Shown: piece after piece, positions 10,524 to 28,970 of the stretch
Layout of the letters: each line of letters starts with the position of its first letter
Position numbering within the stretch: position 1 is the first letter of the stretch
From: Escherichia phage HY03
Sequence record: NC_031047.1
DNA: 64,000 nucleotides
Reading direction: 5' to 3' (one strand)
The notes under the pieces: model-generated
The model's database searches: none
What the model saw: only the letters and a program-made list of their open reading frames with translations
Told to the model about the DNA's origin: nothing
Translations under genes and position numbers: made by a program

Positions 10524-12506
10524 ATGGCAAATACCCCTGTAAATTATCAATTAACAAGAACAGCAAATGCTATTCCCGAGATATTCGTCGGGGGTACATT
10601 TGCTGAAATAAAACAAAACCTCATTGAATGGCTTAATGGCCAAAATGAATTTTTGGATTATGATTTTGAAGGCTCAAGATTAAACGTTCTGTGCGACCTT
10701 TTGGCTTATAATACATTATACATTCAGCAGTTTGGTAATGCTGCCTTGTACGAAAGCTTTATGCGTACTGCTAATTTGCGTAGTTCAGTAGTTCAAGCTG
10801 CACAAGATAATGGATATTTACCTACTTCAAAATCAGCTGCTCAAACTGAAATTATGCTAACTTGTACAGACGCATTGAATAGAAATTACATTACTATTCC
10901 TCGTGGTACTCGCTTTTTAGCATATGCAAAAGATACTTCCGTTAATCCTTACAACTTTGTATCTACCGAAGATGTTATTGCTATTCGCGATAAAAATAAC
11001 CAATATTTTCCGCGTTTAAAATTAGCCCAGGGACGTATAGTAAGAACTGAAATCATTTATGATAAATTAACACCTATTATCATTTATGACAAAAATATAG
11101 ATAGAAATCAAGTTAAACTATATGTTGATGGAGCAGAATGGATTAACTGGACAAGAAAGTCAATGGTTCATGCTGGTTCTACATCGACAATTTACTACAT
11201 GCGTGAAACTATTGATGGAAATACTGAGTTTTATTTTGGTGAAGGTGAGATTTCTGTTAATGCGGCAGAAGGAGCATTGACTGCTAATTATATTGGAGGT
11301 CTTAAACCTACCCAGAACTCTACGATTGTTATTGAGTACATCAGTACTAACGGTGCAGATGCGAATGGCGCAGTCGGATTTTCATATGCAGATACATTAA
11401 CAAATATAACTGTCATCAATATTAATGAAAATCCAAACGATGACCCAGATTTTGTTGGGGCAGATGGCGGCGGCGATCCAGAAGATATTGAACGTATTCG
11501 CGAATTGGGTACTATTAAACGCGAAACCCAGCAACGCTGCGTAACTGCGACTGACTATGATACATTCGTTTCAGAGAGATTTGGTTCTATTATTCAAGCA
11601 GTTCAGACTTTCACTGATTCTACTAAACCTGGTTATGCATTTATTGCTGCTAAACCTAAATCAGGATTGTATTTAACTACCGTACAGCGTGAAGATATTA
11701 AAAATTATCTCAAAGACTATAATTTAGCTCCTATTACACCGTCAATTATTTCTCCTAATTATCTTTTTATTAAGACTAATTTAAAAGTCACATATGCTTT
11801 AAATAAGCTGCAAGAATCCGAACAGTGGCTCGAAGGTCAAATAATTGATAAAATTGATCGCTATTATACCGAAGATGTAGAAATTTTTAACTCATCTTTC
11901 GCTAAATCTAAGATGTTGACATATGTAGATGATGCAGATCATTCTATCATTGGTTCATCAGCGACAATTCAAATTGTTCGCGAAGTGCAAAACTTCTATA
12001 AAACGCCTGAAGCAGGTATTAAATACAATAATCAAATAAAAGACCGTTCTATGGAATCTAATACGTTTTCATTTAATTCCGGACGAAAGGTTGTAAATCC
12101 TGACACTGGTTTAGAAGAAGATGTATTATATGACGTTCGCATAGTATCAACAGACCGAGATTCTAAAGGAATTGGTAAAGTTATTATTGGTCCATTTGCT
12201 TCTGGCGATGTTACAGAAAATGAAAACATTCAGCCATATACAGGCAACGATTTTAACAAATTAGCAAATTCTGATGGACGCGACAAATACTATGTTATCG
12301 GTGAAATAAATTATCCAGCTGATGTGATTTATTGGAATATCGCTAAAATTAATTTAACATCTGAAAAATTTGAAGTTCAGACTATTGAATTATATTCTGA
12401 TCCAACCGATGATGTTATCTTTACTCGCGATGGTTCACTGATTGTATTTGAAAATGACTTACGTCCACAATACTTAACTATCGATTTGGAGCCTATATCA
12501 CAATGA
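10524..12506 (+). CDS. 6: gp6 baseplate wedge protein
   Basis: 660 aa as T4 gp6; conserved order. Confidence 0.9.
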   Translation: MANTPVNYQLTRTANAIPEIFVGGTFAEIKQNLIEWLNGQNEFLDYDFEGSRLNVLCDLLAYNTLYIQQFGNAALYESFMRTANLRSSVVQAAQDNGYLPTSKSAAQTEIMLTCTDALNRNYITIPRGTRFLAYAKDTSVNPYNFVSTEDVIAIRDKNNQYFPRLKLAQGRIVRTEIIYDKLTPIIIYDKNIDRNQVKLYVDGAEWINWTRKSMVHAGSTSTIYYMRETIDGNTEFYFGEGEISVNAAEGALTANYIGGLKPTQNSTIVIEYISTNGADANGAVGFSYADTLTNITVININENPNDDPDFVGADGGGDPEDIERIRELGTIKRETQQRCVTATDYDTFVSERFGSIIQAVQTFTDSTKPGYAFIAAKPKSGLYLTTVQREDIKNYLKDYNLAPITPSIISPNYLFIKTNLKVTYALNKLQESEQWLEGQIIDKIDRYYTEDVEIFNSSFAKSKMLTYVDDADHSIIGSSATIQIVREVQNFYKTPEAGIKYNNQIKDRSMESNTFSFNSGRKVVNPDTGLEEDVLYDVRIVSTDRDSKGIGKVIIGPFASGDVTENENIQPYTGNDFNKLANSDGRDKYYVIGEINYPADVIYWNIAKINLTSEKFEVQTIELYSDPTDDVIFTRDGSLIVFENDLRPQYLTIDLEPISQ

Positions 12507-15500
12507 CAGTAAAAGCACCTTCAGTCACTAGTCTCAGAATTTCCAAGTTATCCGCAAATCAGGTGCAAGTACGCTGGGATGACGTTGGTGCTAATTTCTA
12601 CTATTTTGTAGAAATCGCTGAGACAAAAACAGACTCGGGGGAAAATCTCCCGAGTGATCAATACCGTTGGATTAACTTAGGATATACTGCAAATAACAGC
12701 TTCTTTTTTGACGATGCTAACCCATTGACATCATACATTATTAGAGTAGCTACAGCTGCGCAAGATTTTGAGCAGTCTGATTGGATTTATACCGAAGAGT
12801 TTGAAACTTTTGCTACAAATGCTTATACATTTCAAAACATGATTGAAATGCAATTAGCTAATAAATTCATTCAGGAAAAATTTACTCTTAATAATTCTAA
12901 CTATGTTAATTTTAATAATGACACTATAATGGCTGCATTGATGAATGAATCGTTCCAATTCAGCCCATCATATGTTGACGTTTCATCAATAAGTAATTTT
13001 ATTATTGGTGAAAATGAATATCATGAAATACAAGGTTCTATTCAGCAAGTATGTAAGGATATTAACCGAGTTTATTTGATGGAATCAGAAGGGATTCTAT
13101 ATCTTTTTGAGCGCTATCAGCCTGTAGTTAAAGTATCCAATGATAAAGGACAAACCTGGAAAGCTGTAAAGCTCTTCAATGACCGTGTAGGATATCCTTT
13201 ATCTAAGACAGTATATTACCAATCTGCAAACACAACATACGTTCTAGGATACGACAAGATTTTCTATGGCCGCAAATCTACTGGTGTTAGATGGTCAGCC
13301 GATGATGTCAGATTTAGTTCTCAGGATATAACATTCGCTAAACTTGGCGACCAATTGCATTTAGGATTTGATGTAGAAATTTTTGCCACTTACGCAACTT
13401 TACCGGCGAATGTATACCGCATTGCAGAAGCTATTACTTGCACCGATGATTACATTTACGTTGTCGCCAGAGACAAAGTTAGATACATAAAAACGAGTAA
13501 TGCACCTATAGATTCTGATCCATTATCTCCAACATATTCGGAAAGGTTTTTTGAACCTGATACTATGACTATAACTGGAAATCCTAAAGCAGTATGCTAT
13601 AAAATGGATTCTATCGGTGATAAAGTTTTTGCTCTTATTATTGGTGAAGTTGAAACATTAAATGCTAATCCTAGAACATCAAAAATAATTGATTCTGCTG
13701 ATAAAGGAATATATGTTTTAAATCATGACACAAAAACATGGAAAAGAGTTTTTGGCAATACTGAAGAAGAAAGAAGACGTATTCAACCAGGGTATGCGAA
13801 TATGTCAACTGACGGTAAATTAGTTTCGCTATCTTCGAGTAATTTTAAATTTTTAAGTGATAATATTGTTAATGACCCTGAAACTGCATCAAAATACCAG
13901 TTAATCGGTGCCGTTAAATATGAATTTCCTCGTGAATGGCTAGCCGATAAGCATTATCATATGATGGCATTTATAGCAGATGAAAAGTCTGATTGGGAAA
14001 CTTTTACGCCTCAGCCGATGAAATACTATGCAGAACCATTCTTTAACTGGTCTAAAAAATCTAACACGCGTTGTTGGATAAACAACTCTGATAGAGCTGT
14101 AGTAGTTTATGCTGATTTAAAATACACTAAAGTTATTGAAAATTTTCCAGAAACATCTCCAGATAGATTAGTTCATGAATACTGGGATGACGGCGATTGC
14201 ACTATAGTAATGCCAAATGTTAAATTCACTGGATTTAAAAAATATGCATCTGGGATGCTTTTCTATAAAGCCTCCGGCGAAATAATTTCTTACTATGATT
14301 TTAACTATCGTGTTAGAGACACTGTCGAAATTATTTGGAAGCCAACTGGGGTATTTTTAAAAGCATTTTTACAAAACCAAGAGCATGAAACTCCTTGGTC
14401 GCCTGAAGAAGAGCGTGGATTAGCTGACCCTGATTTAAGACCATTGATTGGCACAATGATGCCTGATTCTTATTTGTTGCAGGATTCGAATTTTGAAGCA
14501 TTTTGCGAAGCATATATTCAATATCTTTCTGATGGATATGGAACTCAGTATAACAATTTACGAAATTTAATTCGTAACAAATATCCACGAGAAGAGCATG
14601 CATGGGAATATTTGTGGTCAGAGATATATAAAAGAAACATTTATTTAAATGCTGACAAACGTGATGCTGTTACAAGATTTTTCGAATCACGTAGTTACGA
14701 TTTTTATTCTACTAAAGGAATTGAAGCATCATACAAATTTCTTTTTAAAGTTCTTTATAATGAAGAGGTTGAAATTGAAATTGAATCTGGAGCTGGTACT
14801 GAATATGATATAATCGTTCAATCCGATTCTTTGACTGAAGATTTAGTAGGACAAACGATTTATACAGCCACAGGAAGATGTAATGTTACTTATATAGAAA
14901 GAAGCTATTCTAACGGTAAATTACAATGGACCGTAACTATTCATAATCTTTTGGGAAGATTAATTGCCGGTCAAGAAGTTAAAGCAGAAAGACTTCCTAG
15001 TTTTGAAGGCGAAATTATTCGTGGAGTTAAAGGAAAGGATTTGCTTCAAAATAATATAGACTATATTAATAGAAGTCGATCATATTATGTAATGAAAATT
15101 AAATCCAATTTGCCTTCTTCCCGCTGGAAATCTGACGTTATTCGTTTTGTTCATCCAGTAGGATTTGGATTTATAGCAATTACCCTTTTAACGATGTTTA
15201 TTAATGTTGGTTTAACTCTTAAACATACAGAGACTATAATTAATAAATACAAAAACTACAAATGGGATTCTGGATTGCCTACTGAATATGCTGATAGAGT
15301 AGCTAAATTGACTCCGACTGGTGAAATTGAGCATGATTCGGTAACAGGCGAAGCAATTTATGAACCTGGCCCAATGGCTGGCGTAGAATATCCTCTTCCT
15401 GATGACTATAATACTGAAAATAACAATTCAATATTTCAAGGTCAATTGCCGTCTGAACGACGCAAATTAATGAGTCCTCTATTTGACGCATCTGGAACAA

Positions 15501-15601
15501 CGTTTGCGCAATTTAGAGATTTAGTTAATAAACGTCTAAAAGATAATATAGGAAATCCAAGAGACCCTGAAAATCCAACACAGGTTAAAATAGATGAATG
15601 A
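12503..15601 (+). CDS. 7: gp7 baseplate wedge protein
   Basis: 1032 aa as T4 gp7. Confidence 0.9.
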   Translation: MTVKAPSVTSLRISKLSANQVQVRWDDVGANFYYFVEIAETKTDSGENLPSDQYRWINLGYTANNSFFFDDANPLTSYIIRVATAAQDFEQSDWIYTEEFETFATNAYTFQNMIEMQLANKFIQEKFTLNNSNYVNFNNDTIMAALMNESFQFSPSYVDVSSISNFIIGENEYHEIQGSIQQVCKDINRVYLMESEGILYLFERYQPVVKVSNDKGQTWKAVKLFNDRVGYPLSKTVYYQSANTTYVLGYDKIFYGRKSTGVRWSADDVRFSSQDITFAKLGDQLHLGFDVEIFATYATLPANVYRIAEAITCTDDYIYVVARDKVRYIKTSNAPIDSDPLSPTYSERFFEPDTMTITGNPKAVCYKMDSIGDKVFALIIGEVETLNANPRTSKIIDSADKGIYVLNHDTKTWKRVFGNTEEERRRIQPGYANMSTDGKLVSLSSSNFKFLSDNIVNDPETASKYQLIGAVKYEFPREWLADKHYHMMAFIADEKSDWETFTPQPMKYYAEPFFNWSKKSNTRCWINNSDRAVVVYADLKYTKVIENFPETSPDRLVHEYWDDGDCTIVMPNVKFTGFKKYASGMLFYKASGEIISYYDFNYRVRDTVEIIWKPTGVFLKAFLQNQEHETPWSPEEERGLADPDLRPLIGTMMPDSYLLQDSNFEAFCEAYIQYLSDGYGTQYNNLRNLIRNKYPREEHAWEYLWSEIYKRNIYLNADKRDAVTRFFESRSYDFYSTKGIEASYKFLFKVLYNEEVEIEIESGAGTEYDIIVQSDSLTEDLVGQTIYTATGRCNVTYIERSYSNGKLQWTVTIHNLLGRLIAGQEVKAERLPSFEGEIIRGVKGKDLLQNNIDYINRSRSYYVMKIKSNLPSSRWKSDVIRFVHPVGFGFIAITLLTMFINVGLTLKHTETIINKYKNYKWDSGLPTEYADRVAKLTPTGEIEHDSVTGEAIYEPGPMAGVEYPLPDDYNTENNNSIFQGQLPSERRKLMSPLFDASGTTFAQFRDLVNKRLKDNIGNPRDPENPTQVKIDE

Positions 15602-16598
15602 TTCAAGTGTTATCTATCGTGCGATAGTTACTTCAAAATTTAGAACAGAAAAAATGTTGAATTTTTATAATTCAATTGGAAGTGGTCCGGATAAAAACAC
15701 TATCTTTATCACATTTGGAAGATCAGAACCGTGGTCATCAAATGAAAATGAGGTGGGATTTGCCCCACCTTATCCCACCGATTCTGTATTAGGTGTAACT
15801 GACATGTGGACTCATATGATGGGAACCGTGAAGGTTCTTCCATCTATGCTTGATGCAGTTATTCCTCGTCGAGATTGGGGAGATACTAGATATCCGGATC
15901 CATACACATTTAGAATTAACGATATTGTAGTGTGTAACTCAGCTCCTTACAACGCTACCGAATCAGGCGCAGGCTGGTTAGTATATCGTTGTTTAGATGT
16001 TCCTGATACCGGAATGTGCTCAATTGAGTCTTTAACTAATAAGGATGAATGCCTTAAGCTAGGTGGAAAATGGACTCCTTCTGTTAGGTCAATGACTCCT
16101 CCTGAAGGCCGAGGAGACGCGGAAGGAACAATCGAACCTGGAGACGGGTATGTATGGGAATATCTTTTTGAGATTCCGCCTGATGTATCTATAAATAGAT
16201 GCACGAATGAATATATCGTGGTTCCTTGGCCTGAGGAATTAAAAGAAGACCCGACTAGATGGGGATATGAAGATAATCTCACTTGGCAACAAGACGATTT
16301 TGGATTAATTTATCGGGTTAAGGCAAATACTATTCGTTTTAAAGCATACTTAGATTCAGTTTATTTTCCTGAAGCTGCATTGCCAGGAAATAAAGGATTT
16401 AGACAAATATCGATAATCACGAATCCTCTTGAAGCTAAAGTTCATCCAAATGACCCAAACGTTAAAGCTGAAAAGGATTACTATGATCCGGAAGATTTAA
16501 TGAGGCATTCGGGCGAAATGATTTATATGGAAAATAGGCCACCTATTATTATGGCAATGGACCAAACAGAAGAAATCAATATTCTGTTTACATTTTAA
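15594..16598 (+). CDS. 8: gp8 baseplate wedge protein
   Basis: 334 aa as T4 gp8. Confidence 0.9.
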   Translation: MNDSSVIYRAIVTSKFRTEKMLNFYNSIGSGPDKNTIFITFGRSEPWSSNENEVGFAPPYPTDSVLGVTDMWTHMMGTVKVLPSMLDAVIPRRDWGDTRYPDPYTFRINDIVVCNSAPYNATESGAGWLVYRCLDVPDTGMCSIESLTNKDECLKLGGKWTPSVRSMTPPEGRGDAEGTIEPGDGYVWEYLFEIPPDVSINRCTNEYIVVPWPEELKEDPTRWGYEDNLTWQQDDFGLIYRVKANTIRFKAYLDSVYFPEAALPGNKGFRQISIITNPLEAKVHPNDPNVKAEKDYYDPEDLMRHSGEMIYMENRPPIIMAMDQTEEINILFTF

Positions 16599-16603
16599 AT
16601 TAA

Positions 16604-16628
16604 GGGAGCCCATGGGCTCCCTTTTTCT
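16604..16628 (+). terminator. rho-independent terminator after gene 8
   Basis: Perfect hairpin GGGAGCC-CATG-GGCTCCC followed by TTTTTCTTT. Confidence 0.6.
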
Positions 16629-16629
16629 T

Positions 16630-16637
16630 TATAAATA
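16630..16637 (+). promoter_or_regulatory. T4 late promoter box TATAAATA
   Basis: TATAAATA about 25 bp upstream of gene 9. Confidence 0.5.
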
Positions 16638-16661
16638 CTATAAACTCATAAGGAAACCGCT

Positions 16662-17528
16662 ATGTTCATTCAAGAACCAAAGAAATTGATTGATACCGGC
16701 GAAATTGGTAACGCTTCTACTGGTGATATCTTATTCGACGGTGGTAATAAAATTAATAGTGATTTTAATGCAATTTATAACGCGTTTGGCGATCAGCGTA
16801 AAATGGCAGTAGCAAATGGCACTGGTGCTGACGGCCAAATTATCCATGCTACTGGATATTATCAAAAGCATTCTATCATAGAGTACGCAACTCCGGTGAA
16901 AGTTGGTACTAGGCATGATATTGATACCTCTACTGTTGGTGTTAAAGTTATCATTGAAAGAGGAGAACTCGGTGACTGTGTTGAATTCATTAATTCTAAC
17001 GGATCGATATCAGTTACTAATCCTTTAACAATTCAAGCAATTGATTCAATTAAAGGTGTTTCGGGTAATTTGGTAGTAACTAGCCCATATAGTAAAGTTA
17101 CTTTACGTTGTATTTCATCTGATAATTCTACGTCAGTTTGGAATTATTCTATTGAAAGTATGTTTGGCCAAAAAGAATCACCGGCCGAAGGTACATGGAA
17201 TATTTCTACATCTGGGTCAGTTGACATTCCATTGTTTCATCGTACTGAATATAACATGGCTAAATTGTTAGTTACATGCCAATCAGTAGATGGAAGAAAA
17301 ATTAAAACGGCAGAAATAAATATTCTTGTAGATACTGTTAATTCAGCGGTCATTTCTTCTGAATATGCTGTCATGCGAGTTGGGAATGAAACCGAAGAAG
17401 ACGAAATCGCTAATATTGCATTTAGTATTAAAGAAAATTATGTAACGGCGACTATAAGTTCTTCAACTGTCGGTATGAGAGCAGCAGTTAAAGTTATCGC
17501 TACGCAGAAAATCGGGGTGGCTCAATAA
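16662..17528 (+). CDS. 9: gp9 baseplate protein (long tail fibre socket)
   Basis: 288 aa as T4 gp9. Confidence 0.9.
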   Translation: MFIQEPKKLIDTGEIGNASTGDILFDGGNKINSDFNAIYNAFGDQRKMAVANGTGADGQIIHATGYYQKHSIIEYATPVKVGTRHDIDTSTVGVKVIIERGELGDCVEFINSNGSISVTNPLTIQAIDSIKGVSGNLVVTSPYSKVTLRCISSDNSTSVWNYSIESMFGQKESPAEGTWNISTSGSVDIPLFHRTEYNMAKLLVTCQSVDGRKIKTAEINILVDTVNSAVISSEYAVMRVGNETEEDEIANIAFSIKENYVTATISSSTVGMRAAVKVIATQKIGVAQ

Positions 17529-19333
17529 TGAAACAAAATATTAATATCGGTAATGTTGTTGATGATGGTACCGGTGACTACCTGCGTAAAGGTGGTATAA
17601 AAATAAATGAAAACTTTGATGAACTTTATTATGAACTTGGTGATGGAGATGTTCCATATTCAGCCGGTGCCTGGAAAACTTATAATGCTTCATCTGGACA
17701 AACACTAACGGCAGAATGGGGAAAATCATATGCCATTAATACTTCGTCTGGAAGAGTAACTCTACAACTTCCTAAAGGAACTGTTAATGATTACAACAAG
17801 GTAATTAGAGCTAGAGACGTATTCGCTACATGGAACATCAATCCAGTTACTTTAGTAGCTGCTTCCGGAGATACAATTAAAGGGTCGTCATCATCGGTTG
17901 AAATTAATGTTCAATTTAGTGATTTAGAGTTAGTTTATTGCGCTCCAGGACGTTGGGAATATGTCAAAAACAAACAAATTGACAAAATTGTTAGTTCAGA
18001 TATTAGTAATGTAGCTCGCAAAGAATTTTTAGTTGAAGTTCAAGGACAAACTGACTTTTTAGATGTTTTCAATGGAACTAGTTATAATGTTAATAACATA
18101 AGAGTGAAGCATCGTGGTAACGAATTATATTACGGTGATGTATTTAGTGAAAATAGCGACTTTGGCTCTCCAGGGGAAAATGAAGGCGAATTAGTTCCTC
18201 TTGATGGATTTAATATTCGATTAAGACAGCCATGTAATATTGGTGACACCGTTCAAATTGAAACATTTATGGATGGTGTATCACAATGGAGAAGTTCATA
18301 TACAAGACGCCAAATAAAAGTACTAGATTCAAAACTAACATCAAAGACTTCATTAGAAGGAAGTATTTACGTTACTGATTTATCGGCGATGAAATCAATT
18401 CCATTTTCAGCTTTTGGATTAATTCCTGGCGAACCCATTAATCCTAATTCTCTTGAGGTTCGTTTTAATGGAATTTTACAGCAACAGGCTGGAACAGCTG
18501 GGTATCCTCTGTTTTTGTGCGAAGGCGCTAATTCAGATACGCAAGAAGGATGTATATCTCTTGGTGGTGAATGGAAAGAATCGAACACAGATTATTCTAT
18601 AGAATACGAAGATGGAAAACCTGTCAGTCTTTTATTTGATAGAAAATTTGAATCAGGAGATATAATCGTTATAACATGGTTCAATAATGATTTAGGAACT
18701 CTTTTAGAAAAAGATGACATTATTGAATTAACTGATGACCGTTATGTTAGTAAAGGATCATCTACTGAAGTTACTGGTGATGTAGCCTTAACAGATTTTG
18801 ATAAAATCGGTTGGCCAAATGTTGAAAAAGTTGATTCTTATACTAGAACGTATAATTCAATATCATCTATTTTCGACAGCATTTATCCTGTTGGTTCAAT
18901 TTATGAAAATGCTATAAACCCAAATAATCCGGTGACTTATATGGGATTTGGTTCATGGAAATTATTTGGTAAAGGACAAGTTTTAGTAGGATGGAATGAT
19001 GATGTTACAGATCCAAACTTTGCATTAAACAATAATGATTTAGATTCTAGCGGAAATCCTTCACATACCGCCGGTGGAACGGTTGGAACAACATCAGTAA
19101 CGCTTGAAAACGCAAATCTTCCTGCAACTAAAACCGACGAAAGAGTTTTAATTGAAGACGAAAATGGATCGGTTATTATTGGAGGTTGCCAATATGACCC
19201 AGATGAAACTGGTCCTATATATACAAAATATCGTGAAGATTACGCAACAACAAACTCTTCACATACTCCTCCTGCTAATATTAGTAATATTCAACCGTCT
19301 ATTACTGTATACCGTTGGATAAGGATTGCATAA
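17528..19333 (+). CDS. 10: gp10 baseplate wedge protein
   Basis: 601 aa (T4 gp10 about 602). Confidence 0.9.
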   Translation: MKQNINIGNVVDDGTGDYLRKGGIKINENFDELYYELGDGDVPYSAGAWKTYNASSGQTLTAEWGKSYAINTSSGRVTLQLPKGTVNDYNKVIRARDVFATWNINPVTLVAASGDTIKGSSSSVEINVQFSDLELVYCAPGRWEYVKNKQIDKIVSSDISNVARKEFLVEVQGQTDFLDVFNGTSYNVNNIRVKHRGNELYYGDVFSENSDFGSPGENEGELVPLDGFNIRLRQPCNIGDTVQIETFMDGVSQWRSSYTRRQIKVLDSKLTSKTSLEGSIYVTDLSAMKSIPFSAFGLIPGEPINPNSLEVRFNGILQQQAGTAGYPLFLCEGANSDTQEGCISLGGEWKESNTDYSIEYEDGKPVSLLFDRKFESGDIIVITWFNNDLGTLLEKDDIIELTDDRYVSKGSSTEVTGDVALTDFDKIGWPNVEKVDSYTRTYNSISSIFDSIYPVGSIYENAINPNNPVTYMGFGSWKLFGKGQVLVGWNDDVTDPNFALNNNDLDSSGNPSHTAGGTVGTTSVTLENANLPATKTDERVLIEDENGSVIIGGCQYDPDETGPIYTKYREDYATTNSSHTPPANISNIQPSITVYRWIRIA

Positions 19334-19992
19334 TGAGTTTACTTAATAATAAAGCGGGAGTTATTTCCCGCTTAGCAGATTTTCTTGGTTTTAGAACTAA
19401 GAAAAATGATATTTCGGTTATGAATAATCAGCCAGTAGGTGCTGTAACAATTTCACAAATAGCAAAAGGGTTTTATGACCCAAATGTAGAATCTGCTATT
19501 AATGATGTTAGAAATATGGCAGAGCAACAGGTTGGAGCTGTATTAGTTAATATAAGTGGCGTATCTCCTACTGGCGTGCAGCAAACAGACTATTGGTCAT
19601 TTGAAGGAACTGTTACTGATACTTCAGCCAAACCAGGTGACCCGGTTATTGTTAACATGTTTGGCATTCCTGTTAAAGCTACTAATGGAATGACTTCAAT
19701 CGAATTTACCAGTGCCGTTAGAACAGCTCTGCAGGAAATGGTTGCAAAATTTATTGCAATTGATTCATTTGAAGACCATCCTACCATAGGAAATAAAATA
19801 CAAGTTAAGTATTTAGATAATCAAGAACATATCTTAGAACAATACTCTGATAAAGGAATTACTTTCAAACAAGAAATAATTTCTCCTTCTAAACCTGGGT
19901 ATGGAACTTGGCAATTATTAGGTGCGCAAACTGTTACGCTAGATAGTCACACACAACCTACAGTATTTTATTATTTTGAGAGAATAGCATGA
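19333..19992 (+). CDS. 11: gp11 baseplate wedge protein
   Basis: ORF 19315..19992; ATGA overlap with gene 10 stop puts the start at 19333, giving 219 aa as in T4. Confidence 0.85.
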   Translation: MSLLNNKAGVISRLADFLGFRTKKNDISVMNNQPVGAVTISQIAKGFYDPNVESAINDVRNMAEQQVGAVLVNISGVSPTGVQQTDYWSFEGTVTDTSAKPGDPVIVNMFGIPVKATNGMTSIEFTSAVRTALQEMVAKFIAIDSFEDHPTIGNKIQVKYLDNQEHILEQYSDKGITFKQEIISPSKPGYGTWQLLGAQTVTLDSHTQPTVFYYFERIA

Positions 19993-21539
19993 GTAACAAT
20001 ACATATCAGCACGTATCAAATGAATCAAAATATGTTAAATTCGATCCTACTGGATCGAATTTTCCTGACACTGTCACGACAGTGCAGTCTGCATTATCAA
20101 AAATAAGTAATATCGGCGTAAATGGTATTCCTGATGCAACTATGGAAGTTAAAGGAATAGCAATGATTGCGTCAGAGCAAGAGGTTTTAGATGGAACTAA
20201 TAATTCTAAAATCGTTACACCCGCTACATTAGCAACAAGATTATTGTATCCAAATGCTACTGAAACTAAATATGGTTTAACGCGCTATTCAACAAATGAA
20301 GAAACATTAGAAGGCTCAGATAATAATTCATCAATAACGCCGCAAAAACTGAAATACCATACTGACGATGTGTTCCAAAATAGATATTCGTCTGAGTCAT
20401 CAAATGGAGTTATTAAAATATCATCTACACCTGCGGCTTTGGCTGGTGTAGATGATACTACGGCAATGACTCCATTAAAAACCCAAAAACTTGCAATAAA
20501 ATTAATTTCACAAATAGCTCCTTCAGAAGACACAGCATCAGAATCTGTTAGAGGTGTAGTTCAGTTATCAACTGTCGCTCAAACTCGTCAAGGAACTCTT
20601 CGCGAAGGATATGCAATTTCCCCATATACCTTTATGAATTCCGTTGCAACACAAGAATATAAGGGTGTTATACGTTTAGGAACGCAGTCGGAAATTAACA
20701 GTAATTTGGGAGATGTTGCAGTAACAGGCGAAACATTAAATGGTCGAGGAGCTACTGGTTCTATGCGCGGTGTAGTAAAATTAACGACGCAAGCCGGTAT
20801 TGCCCCCGAGGGTGATGGCTCTGGAGCATTAGCATGGAACGCAGATGTAATTAATACACGCGGTGGACAAACTATTAATGGTTCTTTAAATTTAGACCAT
20901 CTTACAGCAAATGGAATTTGGTCGCGCGGCGGTATGTGGAAAAATGGTGATCAACCTGTTGCCACTGAAAGATATGCGTCTGAAAGGGTTCCAGTTGGAA
21001 CTATTATGATGTTTGCGGGTGATTCTGCACCTCCAGGTTGGATTATGTGCCACGGTGGAACCGTGTCAGGAGATCAATATCCTGATTATAGAAACACAGT
21101 TGGAACAAGATTTGGTGGTGATTGGAATAACCCTGGCATTCCTGATATGCGAGGTCTTTTCGTCAGAGGAGCTGGCACAGGAGGTCATATTTTAAATCAA
21201 CGAGGACAAGATGGTTATGGAAAGGATAGACTTGGCGTAGGATGTGACGGAATGCATGTTGGCGGTGTTCAAGCACAACAAATGTCATACCATAAACATG
21301 CTGGTGGCTGGGGAGAATACCAAAGACATGAAGCTCCATTTGGCGCGTCCGTTTATCAAGGATATCTTGGAACTAGAAAATATGCCGACTGGGATAACGC
21401 TTCATACTTCACTAATGATGGATTTGAATTAGGTGGACCGAGAGATGCCCTTGGTACACTTAATCGTGAAGGATTAATTGGTTATGAAACTAGACCATGG
21501 AATATATCATTAAACTATATTATTAAAATTCATTACTAA
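19989..21539 (+). CDS. 12: gp12 short tail fibre
   Basis: 516 aa (T4 gp12 about 527); conserved position. Confidence 0.85.
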   Translation: MSNNTYQHVSNESKYVKFDPTGSNFPDTVTTVQSALSKISNIGVNGIPDATMEVKGIAMIASEQEVLDGTNNSKIVTPATLATRLLYPNATETKYGLTRYSTNEETLEGSDNNSSITPQKLKYHTDDVFQNRYSSESSNGVIKISSTPAALAGVDDTTAMTPLKTQKLAIKLISQIAPSEDTASESVRGVVQLSTVAQTRQGTLREGYAISPYTFMNSVATQEYKGVIRLGTQSEINSNLGDVAVTGETLNGRGATGSMRGVVKLTTQAGIAPEGDGSGALAWNADVINTRGGQTINGSLNLDHLTANGIWSRGGMWKNGDQPVATERYASERVPVGTIMMFAGDSAPPGWIMCHGGTVSGDQYPDYRNTVGTRFGGDWNNPGIPDMRGLFVRGAGTGGHILNQRGQDGYGKDRLGVGCDGMHVGGVQAQQMSYHKHAGGWGEYQRHEAPFGASVYQGYLGTRKYADWDNASYFTNDGFELGGPRDALGTLNREGLIGYETRPWNISLNYIIKIHY

Positions 21540-21548
21540 GGATTACAA

Positions 21549-23006
21549 ATGATTGAATTAAAAGAGTTACCTTTTGTTGATAGCGTTCCTGGCGAAGGTC
21601 AGGAACGTATTTCATGGATTAAAAATGGTGAAGAAATATTAGGAGCTAGTACTAAGTATGGAAACGATGGGTCAATGAATAGACCAACTGTTTCCGTGTT
21701 TAAAAACGTCGAGGTTCTCGACGAAAATGTAGGAATTCTTAAAACTGCCATTGAAACATCTCAGGAAGATATTAAAACTATTCAAGGCATTTTAGATGTA
21801 TCAGGAGATATAGAAGCGCTATCACAGATCAGCGTTAATAAAAATGATATATCAAGTTTAAAGACGCTCACAAGTGAACATACTGATATATTAAATGGTA
21901 CAAATACTACGGTTGATAATATTCTTTCTGATATTGGTCCATTTAATTCGCAAGCAAATTCAGTTTATAGAACGATTAGAAATGATTTGCTGTGGATTAA
22001 AAGGGAACTAGGACAATATGCTGGACAAGATATTAATGGTCTTCCTGTTGTAGGAAATAGCAGCACGGGGATGAAGCACCGTATCATTAATAATACAGAT
22101 GCTATAACTTCCCAAGGAATACGTCTAAGTGATTTGGAAGAAAAATTTATTGAATCTGATGTAGGTTCGCTTACAATCGAAGTAGGAAATCTTAGACAGG
22201 AATTAGGACAAAGACCGCCTTCATTTAGTGAAAGTATATATTCGCGTGTGCATAATTTAGATCAATCACAAATTAATCTTAATTCCGAAATTAAATCTAT
22301 CAAAACTTCTATTGGATATCCAGGAAATACTTCAATAATCACAGATGTTAACACTAATACACGAGAAATTTCAGCTTTAACTGATGAGCTAAATAAAAGC
22401 GGAGGTGTTAAACAGCGATTAACTGTCATTGAAACATCAATTGGCTCAGATGATATTCCTTCTAGTATTAAAGGTAAAATTAAAGATAATACAACATCTA
22501 TTGAGTTTTTAAATGGAATTGTTGGTGAAAACACTTCATCTGGACTACGAGCAAACGTTTCGTGGTTAAACCAAATTGTTGGAACTGATTCTAGCGGTGG
22601 ACAACCTTCTCCTCCTGGGTCTCTTTTAAATAGAGTTTCAACAGTTGAAACTTCCGTTAATAGACTGAATAATGATGTTCAAAACTTGCAAGTTGAAATT
22701 GGTAATAACAATTCCGGAATTAAAGGACAGGTTGTAACATTAAATAAATTAGTAAATGGAACAAATCCAAATGGTTCAACTGTCGAAGAACGTGGATTAA
22801 CTAATTCAATAAAAGCTAATGAAACTAACATTTCTTCTATTAATCAAGAAATGCGTAGTATTAAAAGTAATGTATCTTCATTACAGGCGGATGTTCAGAC
22901 TTTACAGGAAGCAGGTTATATTCCTGAAGCTCCAAAAGATGGTCAAGCTTACGTTCGTAAAGACGGCGAATGGGTATTACTTTCTACCTTTTTATCACCA
23001 GCATAA
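21549..23006 (+). CDS. wac: fibritin (whisker antigen control)
   Basis: 485 aa; long coiled-coil with C-terminal foldon ([27 protein letters not shown]). Confidence 0.95.
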   Translation: MIELKELPFVDSVPGEGQERISWIKNGEEILGASTKYGNDGSMNRPTVSVFKNVEVLDENVGILKTAIETSQEDIKTIQGILDVSGDIEALSQISVNKNDISSLKTLTSEHTDILNGTNTTVDNILSDIGPFNSQANSVYRTIRNDLLWIKRELGQYAGQDINGLPVVGNSSTGMKHRIINNTDAITSQGIRLSDLEEKFIESDVGSLTIEVGNLRQELGQRPPSFSESIYSRVHNLDQSQINLNSEIKSIKTSIGYPGNTSIITDVNTNTREISALTDELNKSGGVKQRLTVIETSIGSDDIPSSIKGKIKDNTTSIEFLNGIVGENTSSGLRANVSWLNQIVGTDSSGGQPSPPGSLLNRVSTVETSVNRLNNDVQNLQVEIGNNNSGIKGQVVTLNKLVNGTNPNGSTVEERGLTNSIKANETNISSINQEMRSIKSNVSSLQADVQTLQEAGYIPEAPKDGQAYVRKDGEWVLLSTFLSPA

Positions 23007-23038
23007 CATGGGGCCGCAAGGCCCCAAAGGATTTTTAA

Positions 23039-24740
<1,702 letters not shown>

Positions 24741-24781
24741 TAAATATTATAAACTAATTAAAGCCCAGATTAGGAGAAATC

Positions 24782-28942
<4,161 letters not shown>

Positions 28943-28970
28943 TATTAAAGCATATTAAAGAGGATTAAAA